A stretch of 64,000 nucleotides of DNA, from assembly GCF_006345805.1 (NCBI RefSeq), contig NC_043009.1, positions 9,548,001-9,612,000 of the forward strand, in the 5' to 3' direction. How positions within the stretch are numbered: position 1 is the first letter of the stretch; each line of letters begins with the position of its first letter. This DNA is from Octopus sinensis (lineage: Eukaryota). A model generated the notes under the pieces. The model did no database searches, was not told the origin of the DNA, and worked only from the letters and a program-made list of their open reading frames with translations. Positions 25,317 to 40,195 of the stretch are shown here, piece after piece. Made by a program: the position numbers and the translations under genes.

Positions 25317-25590
25317 TAGAAAAAACCACCTTTTATCAATTCTTCAATAAGGAAAAATTAAATTATACCATTTAGAAAAATTACATCTTATAACAATGAT
25401 TAAGTAATGTGCAAAATAATAAATAAAACGTATGTATCTGGTATTTTATTTATTATTTTGCACATTACTCAATAATTGTTATATGTTTTATCTTATATTT
25501 AATCTTTCTATAAGATGTAATTTTTCTAAATGGTATAATTTAATTTTTCATTATTGAATTGATAAAAGGTGGGGTTTTTTTCTAATTTAT
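25311..25590. repeat. AT-rich fold-back repeat with about 120-145-bp arms
   Basis: aaattagaaaaaaccaccttttatcaattc... versus ...gaattgataaaaggtggggtttttttctaattt; loop near 25430-25443; indel in the right arm. Confidence 0.85.
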
Positions 25591-28500
25591 ATGTATATGT
25601 GTTATATTTTGTGAAATTTGATTTAGTATTTCTAAATTGAATTTTTCCCTGTAAGTTTGGAATAATATTCCCTCATATTATTATTATGATATATATATAT
25701 ATATAGTTAGATAGATAGACACACACATACACACATTAGTATGTATATGCATGTAAGTGTTTTTGTATGTGAGTGTGATTGGCTTTCCTAAGCTAAGGTT
25801 ATTCATTTGTATCTATAGGTAGGTCTTACTTTTTATAGTCTTAAACAAAATATGTGAGAGAGATACATCCCATTTTGTGTAGGAGGGCTAGTCTTTTCTC
25901 GGTTAGTTTTCCATGTTGAGGTACAGGCACAGCAAAATATTGGTATTGAATTATGAGGTACAACAGTGATTCAGAGGATTGCCGAAATAGAGAATACGTT
26001 ATCAGGTAACATACAACTCAAATAATGAGCTATATCAATCAGCATGTTTTTCACCTAATAAACTAAATTAGCGAATAGCTACTTTGCTCTTCTTCTTGTT
26101 ACCGTTGATGTCCCTGTGGTTACTGCCATTTCAAAAATTTTATGTTTTTTTTTGTTTTTACTGAATTAAGTGTGTATATTTTCTTTGGATTTTAGATCAG
26201 GTTTTTATAACTCAAAAATATTTTGTTTCCAAAACCTCCGAACGTGAATTTTTTTTTTTTGCTTTTGGTTCTGTACAATGGATGCTATAAGATGTTCTGT
26301 TGTACAGAATATATAATGATGTGAATTGCTTTATAAACTTTTAAACCCCCCTACACACACACACACATGCACACAACACATACACACACACACATACAAA
26401 AGTAAAATGCAGTTGTTATGATTGGTCTCCAATTTCGAATGTAGAATATATCTTGTATCTGAAATATCGTGTTTCAGAATTTCTCAGTAATTAGCTGATT
26501 TTGTATATTTTATATTTCAGATTTCAACTCAAAAATGTGCCTCTTCTCATTATTACTTATGCTAATTAGCAATATTTTTTTTTTTTGTTATTTATTTTAA
26601 GAACTAGACTTGATCTCAGCTCTTTAGATCCCTTTAATATTCTTGGCCGTTTTTGTCAATTTATTTCAGAACCAGGGTCGTCACTAAGCCCCTGCAACCC
26701 CTGCAGTCACAGTGGACCTATGCAATTAAGGGGCCCCATATTAAGATCAAAGTACATAGATGAGTCATCTATTTACTTTGGTTAAGATGTTGAACAAGAA
26801 CTAAACTATCTATGTTAACTGAAAATTTCAAGAAATAAAATGGTAATACATTTACCTGCAAAAGTTCTTGTAAAGATATTACGTTGTACCACAAACATCC
26901 CTACCTAAATAGGCTTTGTGTACTCTAGCTCTTATTACTTACATATCTGGAAGTTTTACTTATTGAAATTTGTAATAGACCTAAATATATTTAACTTGTG
27001 GTACTTTAAAAGATGTTCTTTAGGATAAAGTGAAATATTGGACTTCAGATAGAATAAAGTAAAATATATCTAGGAATAAAAGATTATGAATTTTGATTGA
27101 AGGGATGAAGCAATTTTGATTGAAGGGATGGGGGCTTAAAGCAAAAAGTTACAGGGGTCCTCTAAAAGTTACATGATGCGCCTGTTCAGAACCCACCATA
27201 ATTACATCAGTTTTCTTGCTGCATTCTTTCCATAATTTCGTTTCTTTTACTATTTTCTCTACACCGTTTATCAAACAGGATGAGAATATGTTGCTTTGCC
27301 TAGGGTAAATATATTGTACTACAAGAACGTTGGAATATTTATGTTTGACAGTATAGGATCCCTGATCTCCTCAGGTACATTCTCTTTGTATAAACTGGCA
27401 CTCCATCTGTTACAACAGTGAGGGTCCCAGTTGATCTGACCAACAGAACAGCCTGGCTCATGAAATTAATGTGCAAGTGGCAGAGCACTCCACAGACATG
27501 CTTACCCTTAACATAGTTCTCAGGGAGATTCAGCGTGACACAGGATGTGACAAGGCTGGTCGTTTGAAACTCAGGTACAACTCATATTTGTCAGCTGAGT
27601 AGACTGGAGCAACGTGAAATAAAGTATCTTGTTTAATGCACCACCAGGTATTGAACTCATGACCTTACAGTTGTGAGCCAAATACCCTTAACCACTAAGT
27701 CACATGCCTTCAACCCCTGTGTATATCTGTGCTTATATATATCTACATGTGTGTGTATATGTGTATTTCTGTATCTGTATGTATATGCCATGTTACATTT
27801 CCTTCTGCTACATATTAGTGATAAACAACAATATCTGATGCTCTGTTGTGAAAGCATCGGCCACTTGTCTTTATTTTCCATTATTATCACTGACCTTCTC
27901 ACAATAATTGATAGATGCATAGATATTGGGATTTTTTCTGACCTTGGGTTTTGCTGAAATTATTTTTCTCATTCTTAGAAAGAAAGAAAAAAAAGATTTA
28001 TCAAAAAAAAATGTATAAATTTTCTCAAAATTGTTTTTAACTAAATGATATTTTTGTCATACTAACATAAACTTTATTAATATTTAATACAATTAGGCAG
28101 TGAGCTGGCAGAATGGTTAGCATGCCAGGCAAAATGACTAGCAGCATTTCATGTCTTTGCATTCTGGGTTCAAATGTTGCCAAGGGTCAACTTTGCCTTT
28201 TGAACTTTTGGGGTCAATTAAATAAGTACCAGTTCAGGACTGGGAGTCGATGTAACCAACTTTACCCCTCCCTTGAAATTACTGGCCTTGTGCCAAAATT
28301 TGAAACCAATATTTAATACAATTGAATGGTGTAGGCATCAGGAATAGCAGAAGACCAAAGTAAATAACACGTTGCTCTATATAAATTTAGTGCTCTGAGT
28401 TAAAAAGCAAACCATTGACATCTTCTTTTTGTAACAGTAATATACTGAGGGTAAATTTATTTTAGGCACTTCTGTATGCTCATTAAATACCAAAAATATT

Positions 28501-28916
28501 ATATATATATGTGTGTGTATATAATCAAAAGAATGTTATATATTAATGTACATCTATATATTTGTAGTTACATAGTTTACACATTTGTGTATGTATGTAT
28601 GTGTGTGTGAGTGCACAGTCTGAACATACGTGATTTCTTATATAAACATGAAACTTCAGATTTCTGGGCAGGGAAAAATAAAAACATTATGGTTCATGTC
28701 ATTCAGGTCCTTTCAAAATTCATTAATGAAAAAAAAAAAAAAAAAAGTGAAATTCCAGCAGAGAATCAAAATTAAATTGTGGAGATAGTGTCAAAGTGGG
28801 AATTACCATAGAGACACTAACCTTGCTTTTTCTATATGATGGCAGTGAATAAAACTTTAGAGAGATTTAACTACTATTTCTAGCAGGTTGAACAGCCTGC
28901 AATTATTGGGTGTATT

Positions 28917-28953
<37 letters not shown>

Positions 28954-30260
28954 TTGTACAGGTGTAGGAGTGGCTGTGTGGTAAGTAGCTTACCAACCAC
29001 ATGGTTCCGGGTTCAGTCCCACTGCATGGCACCTTAGGCAAGTGTCTTCTACTATAGCCTCAGACCAACCAAAGCCTTGTGAGTGGATCTGGTAGACGGA
29101 AACTGAAAGAAACCTGTCATATATATGTATGTGTGTCTGTGTTTGTATCCCCCCAACATCGCTTGACAACCGATGGTGGTGTGTTTACATCTCTGTAACT
29201 TAGCAGTTCAGCAAAACAGACCGATAGAATAAGTACTAGGCTTACAAAGAATAACTTCTGGAGTCAATTTGCTCGACTAAAGGCAGTGCTCCAGCATGGC
29301 CACAGTCAAATGACTGAAACAAGTAAAAGAGTATATATACTTATATATATATATGTGTGTATGTGTGTTTAAACATATGTTTGTGTGTGTGTATGTGACC
29401 TGAGGTGTGTGTTTCTATTTAACTATTCAGGGATTAGAAATATCTTTCTACACTAAATTTCTGATAAATATTCCCCTTTAATAATTAGATGCTTAGAAGT
29501 TTAATTACTAAAGTGGAAAAATTATCAGAAAAGTCATTTCTATTCATTTTCTACTGTATTAACTCATCTATTCATTCTTAATATGTTTTAACAGATTCAA
29601 ACATGAGTATCTGGTCTCTGTTGTTATATTTCATCACCAGAGAACTCCTTCATTTTGGCAATCTGTGTTCTCTGTTCTATACACACCCCATGAATTATTT
29701 TCTGCTGTATGCATTTATGCCTTTAAAATTGAAAAAAGGTGTTTGTGTGTGTGTGTGTGTGCACACGTGCACTGGTGTGTGATCTGGAAAATATATTCAT
29801 AAGTATAAATTTTAGGTATTGTTAGACTTATCTGTTTTAGTATGTTTGGAAAATTTAGTGTTTGTTCATTCATTTCCAGTGTATGTATGTATACATATAT
29901 GTATATTTGAAAAAATGAATAGAAATGGGTTTTCTGATTATTTTTCCACTTAAGTAATTAAACTTCTAAGCATCTAATTATTAAAGGGGAACCAGAAAAG
30001 GTATTTCTGTTTATTTTTTTAAATATATAGTATTGTACCAAAGATTTTTTATTTCTTGTTCTATTACATATATATATATATTAATATTTGTTTTAATGTT
30101 CGCTTATAATAAAAAGAATTTTACATCAGTCTGGAAGGTTACTCTATACCTTTGTAAAGTACAAATTTATTATTTTCAAACAAGAATATTATTGACTGTC
30201 ACACATGCACACACAAAAGTAAAATTTCAGACAGCCATTATCAGACTCTGCGTGTGTGTA

Positions 30261-30294
<34 letters not shown>

Positions 30295-30484
30295 TATGTA
30301 AAAATTGAGGATATAATCATTAAAATGGCCAGTGGCCAGCATTAAAATGATTATACCAGTGGCCAATATTCAGCCTTGTGCAAAAATTGGGAACAAATTT
30401 AGAGTGGTTTGTAGACATTTGACATCTATTTCTAGCGTATTGGCATTGTCTCTCCAGCAACCTTAACTATAATTATATATTTAT

Positions 30485-30530
<46 letters not shown>

Positions 30531-31419
30531 TCCCATGTAATGCAGTGAAGCTCACACTGCCTGATAAAGCTTGTCTTTAATTTCTAAAGCAGATGTGTCT
30601 TTATTGATAGACTGGTAACCCCAAACACAACCACTTTCCTGGAAAAGGATAGCTTACCTCACAGAAGGTCCTGGATTCTACTGCATTTCAATTTGATGAA
30701 ATATGCAGCAGTATTATTGTGCTACTGTTGCCTATTGCAGTGAACAGCATATCCTTATAGTACCCACTTATAGCCAAAAGGATTGCACTACAAAAAGTGA
30801 AACATATGTATGTATCTACTTGGCAGGGCATTGGAAATAATTTATAAGTAAATAGTTGCCAAGTGAGTGAGAGACTGAACAGGTATTGAACAGCAGTTTA
30901 CAAGAGTGCATACGTACACATATTAAGACAGATTTATACACATAGACATATTTGAAATAAACAAGTTGCCACTTCATTAGTGAGTAAACCCTTATTCTGA
31001 GGGAAGAAGAAGAAAAATAATTCTTATTTGAATTTTAAGATTAAAATTGTGGGATTTAAAAAGAACAAAAAAAAAAGAAAGAAACATTTTTGTATCGATA
31101 ACTCAGGAATGGATAACTCCTTTTCAAAAATAAGTTCTTGTGCTTCCCATATTTTCTCCACCACCACCACAGGTTTGTTGAAGAAACACTTTAAAAGAAA
31201 ATATTTTGTAATACAACTTTGAATTTCTGGACAAGTGGTCATGAGGTGACAAGAGATTCATTTATGGCATCAACAGCCTAAATCTTGAGACAATAGAATT
31301 GTAATATTTCAAATTCTAAATTATCAATATCTGATACATATTGAATATCCTCATCCTTGACTGAAGATTATAAACTACTACTTGTACAATGAATGTGTGT
31401 ATGTGTGCATGTGTATATA

Positions 31420-31509
31420 TCTATATCTATCTATATATGTATATGTATATATATATAATATATATATATATATATTTATATATTTATATGTATATATATA
31501 TTTATATAT

Positions 31510-31554
<45 letters not shown>

Positions 31555-31581
31555 TTATATATTTATATGTATATATATATA

Positions 31582-31627
<46 letters not shown>

Positions 31628-31660
31628 ATTATATATTTATATATATATATTATATATATT

Positions 31661-31700
<40 letters not shown>

Positions 31701-31760
31701 ATGTATATATATATATATATGTATATATATTTATATGTATATATATATATGTGTGTTAGT
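31420..31760. repeat. (TA)n-rich microsatellite
   Basis: About 340 bp of TA/TTTA/TATG units. Confidence 0.95.
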
Positions 31761-32257
31761 GTGTGTGTATAATGTCTACATGATGGTTATATAAGTCGCT
31801 TAACACTATCATGTATCTATTTTAACATTTGAAAATGAACACCCTATATCATACACTTCATTCCTGTTCCTTCCTCTCTTGATACCCATCCAACGTATTC
31901 TTTTCCTGGTTACATTGATTGTCATTACATAATTTTCCCTTACCTTACCTGCTTATAAGAAAACTTACCTGCCGTAGTATAAGGCATTTCTTTCTGTTAG
32001 TCATCTTCTCTTGTTCATGTTTCTTTCAATGAAACTCTTCCTGTGGATTAGCCCACCTCTTATAATACAGTGGTTTACTTAATCTTCGTGGGATTAGCAC
32101 TGATTGGTCAAGCCAAGTCATTTAGAATCATGGACTTCTTCTGGTTAAATTATTTCCAGTGAGGAAACGTGTGTTTGAAGAACAAGAACAGAATTCCATT
32201 TTATATCATTCCCATCTATTACTATTAATATTATTAAATTAGAATTATTACTATTAC

Positions 32258-32291
<34 letters not shown>

Positions 32292-35156
32292 GGTAGAATT
32301 GTTTGACCATTGATAAAAATGTTTCTTCTGGTTCTTTACCTTCTGAATTGAATTCCCACCGAGGTCAACTTTGCCTTTCATTAATGTAATTAACTTACCT
32401 ACCCATCAAATTTGTTGACCTTGTGCTTCTAGTAGTAAAGATTATAATTATTATGAGCTTTTTTCTTTCAATTTTGTTCCCATTTCTTCCCGAGTGTTTT
32501 CTTGACACCAAAGAAAATGTCTGTATACACTGACAAGCCATTAAAATAAACACACCAGATTGTTCATTTACAAAATCAAAGGCAGTTATATAGAAAAAGT
32601 AAAAATGAAGAAAAAATATTATCTACGTAGGTGGCAATCATTCTCACAGCGACGATGCTCTTCTCAATATGTGTGATGTACCAGTTAAAACAATCTTTTA
32701 CACTTCTTGCATGGATGGTAAACCAAGGATCATTCTCAGATAATTTTCAGTTTCCTTTTATGATCATTCCAAGTGCTCCTACTATCACTGATATTTTAAC
32801 TGTCTTGCGGTGCCACATTTTCTTTTTTTTTTAAATTTCAATGAGCAAATCAAATCTTTATATTTTCTGGCAGAATCATTAGAGCATTGGACAAGATTAT
32901 TTGTGGCATTTCTTCTGACTTTTTACCTAGAGTTCAAATACTGTTCAGGTTGACTTTGCTTTTCATCTCTCCTGGCCAATAAAATAAATACCACTTCAGC
33001 ACTGAGGTCAATATAATCAACTTCCTTCTCCCCTCAAAATTGTTGGCTTTTTACCTATAGTAGAAAGAATGATTATTATTATTATTATTCATAGAGACTT
33101 TGTAAACTAAAATAATAAAACGATTAGCTTGGGTATTGTCAGCCATTTCAACATAGTTTAGGCTTTCAACACCCCCTTTCCCTTATCTTCCATCACATTG
33201 TTCTATGATATTCTTCTAAAACTTTCATCTATAAATTATCTCAAGTTCTAAAATATCAATAATTTGATCTCAGGGAAAAATATATGAGTAGTTCGCAACA
33301 GCTTGGGTGTCTCTTGTGACATCTACCCCATGGTCTAATCTTGCAATGTTGTAAATTCAGTCTTCACTTTATAATCTGTGCCAAAAATGTAAGTGTATGT
33401 GTGTATACACACACACATTCACACAGTCACACACACACACACACACACATACAACACACACTCATACACATTTAAATATTTATGGGTATAGATAAGTCCT
33501 AGTGTTATCTGTTCATAGGAACATGGTTAGACTACATAGATTAAAGAGCAAAAAGTGTTTGGTCCGAGTGTCAATATGTTTTTGTTATGTATGTATACAC
33601 ACACACATACATACATATTTGTGTTCAGAAAGTATGTTTTTCTGATATACATACAGATATGCAAATATATAGCAATTGGTGGGTTGAGAGTTCAATTTTA
33701 CCTTATGCAAGGTACCTTTAGCCTTCACACCTTGGCTTTATTATTAATCACCACTAAATCATGGGGGAAGGAATGAAAATAAGAATTTCTAGAAACTAGT
33801 GCCACCAGAAAAAAAGAAACTCTTTTAGTAATTAATTACTGAAGTGTTTTTATATGTTTTAATTGATCTAAATTTATTTTTGTTAGAGATTCTGTCTAGG
33901 TGTGTATTTGCATCAAAGACTTTTGGGTTTTATTTAATTGTTTATTTACCTTTATGTTGTTAATATGGTCGAGACAGCACAATAGTCAATAAGGTAAACC
34001 CAAGATGTGCTTATTGCTTGTTGAAAACTATAAAGTAAACTACCCTTCAAGTTGTGGCATTGAATCCTCCCTGGCATCTGCGACTTTGTGCTTATGTTCG
34101 AGACCATTATCATATATATATATTTTTATTCCGGTTTTTTTTTGTTGTTTTCTTTATCATCTTCATCATCATCATTACTATTATAATAAAGAGCAGTAGA
34201 TTGGCAGACTCATTAGAGTGTTAGAAAAAAATACCTTGCAGTCTTTGTTCTGGTCCTTAACATTCTGAGTTCAAATCCCACTGAATTCAACTTTGCCATT
34301 TATCTTCTCAAGATTGATTAAACCAAGAACCTCTCAATTACTAGGGTGATGATATCAACTAATGCCCACCACCCTCCAAAAAAAAAGAAAAAAAAAGCAA
34401 GGACTGTTGGCCTTGTGCCTAAATCAAAAACCATTATTATTATTAAGAGTAGTGGATTGGTAGAATTGTTAGAGCCTGATAAAACGCCTTGCAGTATTTT
34501 TGCTCTTTTCATTCTTCGTTCAAATCCTGCTGGGGTCACTTTTGCTTTTTATCTTTCTGGGGTCAATTGAATAAAGTACCAGTTAATTTATTTAACTAAC
34601 CTCTTCTTCCAAAATTTTGAGCCTTTAGTTTATGCTAGAAATAATTACAATCATTGTTGTTTATCATTGTCACTGTTGCTGAAGTTTCTGGCAAGCTTCT
34701 ACTGTGCAGCCAGTTGCACCTTTGCATTCCTGCAGTGTGTGCAGTATCGTCTTTTGAGGTTTTACACTTGTACTTGTATACTACATTGGTTTTGTTTTGC
34801 TGTGGGACCTGGTTTTTTGCTTTGTTTATTAGTGTTTCATCTGTTGTATAGGATAGTGGTTTCTCATCTGGAGTGTTTGCAGATTTCTAAAAATATAATT
34901 TAACTATTTTGACACCATATTTCTCTTGAAATACACAATCACTGTTCAATATAATTTCAAAAATTAATAAAGAATTTATTTATATAACATTATTAGGCTG
35001 GTGTTGTTTGGAACATAAATTAGCACGAAATTTTGATGGAAGGTTTTATGATCACTTTAGAATAATTAATTAGTTTCATACAACCAGCAAGTCAGTATCA
35101 GAAGAGTTTAAATCTTACAAAATTTATACTACTCTTCCTGAGCATCTTGATAACAT

Positions 35157-35457
35157 GTTTGTTCCTTCTCGAGCCATGCCTGCCTCATAAGGGCCAGTTT
35201 CCTGGTTTCCTTGGCATATAGGTTCCCCACCTGGACGGGACGCTGGTCCATCGCAGGTGAGCTGCAAGAAGCAGGAGGAAAGAGTGAGAGAAAGTTGTGG
35301 CGAAAGAGTCGGCAGAAGTTTGCCATTACCTTCTGCCGGAGTCGCATGGAGCTTAGGTGTTTCGCTCATAGACATTCACATTGCCCGGTCTGAGATTCAA
35401 ACCCGCGATCCCTCGACCGCAAGTCCGTTGCTCTAACCACTAGGCTATGTGCCTCCA
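35157..35457 (-). mobile_element. tRNA-derived SINE (head related to family D) with 14-bp TSD
   Basis: catcttgataacat repeated at 35143-35156 and 35458-35471; tRNA-like head gtggaggcacatagcctagtggttagagc. Confidence 0.85.
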
Positions 35458-36104
35458 CATCTTGATAACATATTCATACTCAAATATAGTTAACTAAACA
35501 AAGTAAATAATAGTTGTCTGGGTTTCTTTGCTAAATCTTTCACTATTAATTTTTAAAGAGTTTTTAAACTTTCCATGTGGGGTGTGCCAGTATTTTCGTT
35601 TTTTAATTTGATCTCCAGTGAGACACACAATCAAGAACATTGAGAACCTTGAATATCAAGTTTTGTGTAATTCTGATTTGTGATATTTTCTTGTGTTTCA
35701 TGCAAGTAGTGTGATCAGTGCCAAGTTTTCTGTGAGGTTTGTGTTGCATTTAATGTATAGCACCTATGTAGAATGTGAGTGATTTCAGTTATTGTATGAG
35801 CTATCAATTACATTGAGAGTATGTGAGTTTTTTTTTTGTTATTTTTTTTATTTTTTTCATCTTTCTGAAGTCAGTAAAGTAAAGTACCACTAGATTTGAT
35901 TGACCACCATTAAGTGGTGATTCTATAGAACCATGTTGTACTCTGTTGTTTGGCTATAATTCTAAAGGCAATGTTTTGTATCAGCTGTATTATATTATTG
36001 AAGGTAGGGTAAGAATATAAGGTATGAGGTGTGTGCAGAGCATGTACAGTTTGAATTGTGATATTGAATAGAAAGTGTTGTTGTTGTTATTATTATTATT
36101 ATTA

Positions 36105-36785
36105 AGGCAGCAAGCTGGCAGAATTATTACTGTGCTGGGTAAAATGCTTAGTGGCATTTATGTTCTTAGTTCAAGTTTTTCCAAGGATGACTTTGCCTTT
36201 TATCCTTTCGGGATCTATAAAATAAGTACCAGTGAAATACTGGAGTCGATTTAATCAACTAGTCCCCTCACCCTAAATTTCAGGCCTTGTGCCTATAGTA
36301 GAAAGGATTATTATTATTATTATTAAGGCAGCAAGCTTACAGAATCCTTACCATGCCAGGCAAAATACTTAATGGAAATTTGTCTGTCTTTATGTTCTGA
36401 GTTCTGTCAAGGTCAGCTTTGCTTTTCATCCTTCTGGGGTCGATAAGATAAGTACCAGTCGAGCACCGGGGTTGATGTAATCAATTTACCCCTCCCCGAA
36501 ATTACTGGCCTTGTGCCAGAATTTGAAACCCTAATTATTATTATCTTTATTATTCCGTAGAAAGCAGTAATCTGGCAGAATTATTAGAGCATTGGATAAA
36601 ATGCTTTGTGGTATTTCTTCCGACTCTGAGTTCAAATTCTGCTGAGATTATTGTTGCCTTTCCTCCTTCCAGGGGATGATAGCATAAAGTACCCATCAAG
36701 TACTGGGATCAGTTTAATTGATTAGCCCCTACCTCACCTCATCCCGCCAAATTCTAGTCTTGTGCCTTTATAAGAAATTATCACT
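36105..36785 (+). mobile_element. Three tandem family A SINEs
   Basis: Three diverged copies, each preceded by (ATT)n. Confidence 0.8.
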
Positions 36786-37289
36786 TTTATTATTATCATT
36801 GTATCTTTTGTTGTATTTTTGCTCTTCAGTATTGGAAGTTCTTTTTCTTTTATTTTCTTATCCTAAGAGAAAAACTCTGATCTAAATCTTTCTCTTGGTC
36901 ATAGTAATTTGTTGAAAGAACACTTTATCTTTTATTTCCATTGTACTTAGTAGATATCAGGAAATTTTCAGCTTCCTGATTTGGACGCTAGGCTTTTACA
37001 TGTTAGCTTCTTGGTGCACTGGTTCCTTTCCACTTCTGAGTAGATTAAAGCTATCCAAATGCAATACTTTTAATTTGATTGTTGTCATCATCACCAGAGT
37101 ATATCAGGTTCCCAGTGTGCAGAAATGAATGTTGGTTTCCACATTAATTAAGTCACTTTTCAAATTACTTAGACTTAATGATCAACCTAATAACCAGACC
37201 ACATACAATCAATCAATCGATCAATCAATCAATCAATCAATCATAAATCTGTATAAAGCTACATGAAGCTTACTTACTTTCAAAAGCCC

Positions 37290-37720
37290 TTTGCTCTCTA
37301 TTGGACATTGGCCAGCGATGACCTTTCTCTCTTGTTCCCAGCACGGGGCTGTCTTTTCTGCTTCTCTCCTGTAGGATCCCTGCTTTATTTTTTCTACCTC
37401 TCTTCTGCCTTCCTTGTAGATTGCATCTCCACTTGTGCTTTAGACATAAGTTTCCCTAAAGGAAGGCCTTCCTCTCCTAAGTCTTCTTGGTTTTGAATCA
37501 TCATTGATGCTTCTCTAACTTGCTTTTTTTTTCTAGGTAGATGTGTTGGCTATATGCAAACCCATTTTTACCTCTTGAAAGAGGTGGTGCATATTAGTCT
37601 GGTCTCTCTCTATCCTGTGACCTGTCCAGTACGGTGCAGGGGATCCTACTAGGAACTTTGCACTCCACTGGCATAGCTCTCGGGATCACTGAGGCATACA
37701 AAGTACCATATCACAACACA
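37290..37720 (-). mobile_element. Old RTE-type LINE C-terminal remnant
   Basis: The minus strand yields RRGRPSFRETY-like and FAYSQH-like segments, resembling RTE C-termini; many stops. Confidence 0.4.
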
Positions 37721-39739
37721 GACTGGACCTTGTGGTGGTACATGAAGCTTATGCTTAAGAAACCAAAAGCAATCAATGATTATCAGATTCATCTCCATGA
37801 AACTGAGCCTTTTTATTTTCTTACCTGGACCCTTTGCTTTATAAAAAGGGACTTCTATAACTGCTGACTTGTCATCTGTGAGCAATATTTCAAACGTAAT
37901 GAAAAGAGATTAAATAGAATAAACATTTGGGGCTATATTCCACTAACTAAACTCAGGTTTTCATTTTACACACAAATACGTACACCTGTGGTGTTTCTGT
38001 GTGGTGTATGTATAAAGATATCTAAAACTGAAAAAGAGAATGAATTTTTTAAAACAGTTTTTTGCTATATTTTCCTCTAGAATCTTGTTATATTTAACAT
38101 GGCATGTCTTTTTAAAAAGTATTTTTTATGTTTTGGCTTTTTTCCCCTATCACTAAAGATAATAGTTTGTACATCATCTACAATTGTTTTTAATCGCACT
38201 GACAATTATCATCAAATGTAAGAATATAGCAGCACCATGTGTGCGTGTGTAGTGAGAGATAACACACTATAGTGTTTTAATTACATCTAGATTAGATAAA
38301 ATATGCAATATCTTGAATTTTGCTATCAATATTCCTCATTGATGAAGGCGGTAAGCCAGCAGAATCATTAGCGCACTGGGTAAAATGCTTAGCAGCATTT
38401 TGTCTGTCTTCATATTCTGAGTTCAAATTCTGCCATGGTCAACTTTGCCTTTCATCTTTTCAGGATCGTTAAAATAAATACCAGTTGAGCACTGGGGTCA
38501 TGTAATCAATTTATCCATCCCCACCCCCTGGTGCCAAAATTTGAAATCAGTATTTCTCATTGATTGTTTCATAGATTTCAACAATTTGTTTCAGTATAGT
38601 TCCATTATGTACCACAACCAAATGAAAGGCACAAGCAAGCCCTGGTGTCTTCATACATTGAGTCCTGTGTTTGGTATCGCATTGCTTACTAAGTCCATCT
38701 TGCAATTTCATATCAAATGGATACCAGCTTGAAACTTATCTAGATTGGTCTTAGAATTACTTTAACAATAACACTGGTGTTTTAACTACAGTGGGGGAAA
38801 AAATCCATAACTTAGAACTTGACTGGCACAAAGTCTCGTAGAGGTTACAAGGTTCAGCTACAGATTATGGAAAGGTACATTGAATATGGCAGGATTTAAA
38901 CAAGCAATAATGAAATCTGAAATTCTTTAAAATTGGGTTTTAACAATTATCTTTTAACAATTATGCTTAGAAATATAAATAAAATATCTGTAAATATAAA
39001 AGTTGGATTATTTTAGTAACTCATTTCTTTATATTCTTCTATCTTCCAAAATTCTATTCAAGTGGTTTAAGATTTCAAGAAAAAGACAATTTGGTTACTA
39101 AACTGTCTTATATAATGTTAAAACTGTGGATGCTGTTGTTAATATTCATAAAACGTTTATTTTATCATTATGCACTTCTCATATTCATAAACTTTTGGAC
39201 ACTATACTTGATCACCATTACAACAAACAGTACTTCCTTCATAACGTGTTACAAACTGTGCTACTCACCTGAAGAATGTTGAGTATTATGGCAAACATTG
39301 AACATATTCATTCTTCACTCATCCCTGAGTTCTTTACTTCAATATTAATGGCAGGTTGAATATTTCTTTCTCTCTCTCTCACGCTCTCTTTTTCTGTCAC
39401 CTATACCTGTAACACAATATACATTTTGGGCATCTTTACTGAATGTCAGATACTGGTCAGCCTTGTTAGAAGGAATTTGTTGTCAACGTTACTGTGTGAT
39501 CTGATCAAACCAGCTAACCCCATAGATGTAGACAATCGAGTGTTTGGTGAGGTAGTCCCTGAGTCTTCTTTGCTGGCTTTCAGAGAGTTTTTTAAATGTC
39601 TATTAAACTGTGTAACACTCCAAACTTTATGTAGTTTGTGAGTTTGATTAACAGTTACAAACTATGAAGTAATTTGTTCAGATGTTACTGAGTAAAAGCT
39701 AAATGAAATACTTTTATTATTCATTTGTTTCCTTTCATG

Positions 39740-40038
39740 TTAATATATGTGTGTGTATATATATATATATATATATACACAAACACGCACACACATGAAT
39801 ATAAATATATTTGTATATAAATATATATATACATGTGTGTGTGTATTTGTACATATATGTATATATATATATATTGATACATACATATATGCATGTATGT
39901 GTTCAGCTCTCATTATTTTAAATTCCATATACCCTACTATTTCATATATATATATATGCATATATTTATATATACATATATACATGCATATATTATATAT
40001 ACATATATATATATACATGCATATATATACATGTACAC

Positions 40039-40070
<32 letters not shown>

Positions 40071-40075
40071 CATGT

Positions 40076-40112
<37 letters not shown>

Positions 40113-40151
40113 CACATATATATATATATATATATATACATATATACATGC

Positions 40152-40188
<37 letters not shown>

Positions 40189-40195
40189 GTATATA
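39740..40195. repeat. Compound (TA)/(CA)/(TACA) microsatellite
   Basis: Low-complexity run; a similar tract lies at 41090-41370. Confidence 0.9.

Noticed and set aside
39255-39315. CTGAAGA-hairpin-GAAC hammerhead-like motif
   Set aside because: GAAA is incomplete and no stem I partner follows.
39445-39662. Minus-strand open frame after a catag acceptor (FVTVNQ...LTRLTSI*)
   Set aside because: No recognisable similarity, no linked exon, and an open frame of this length can arise by chance.
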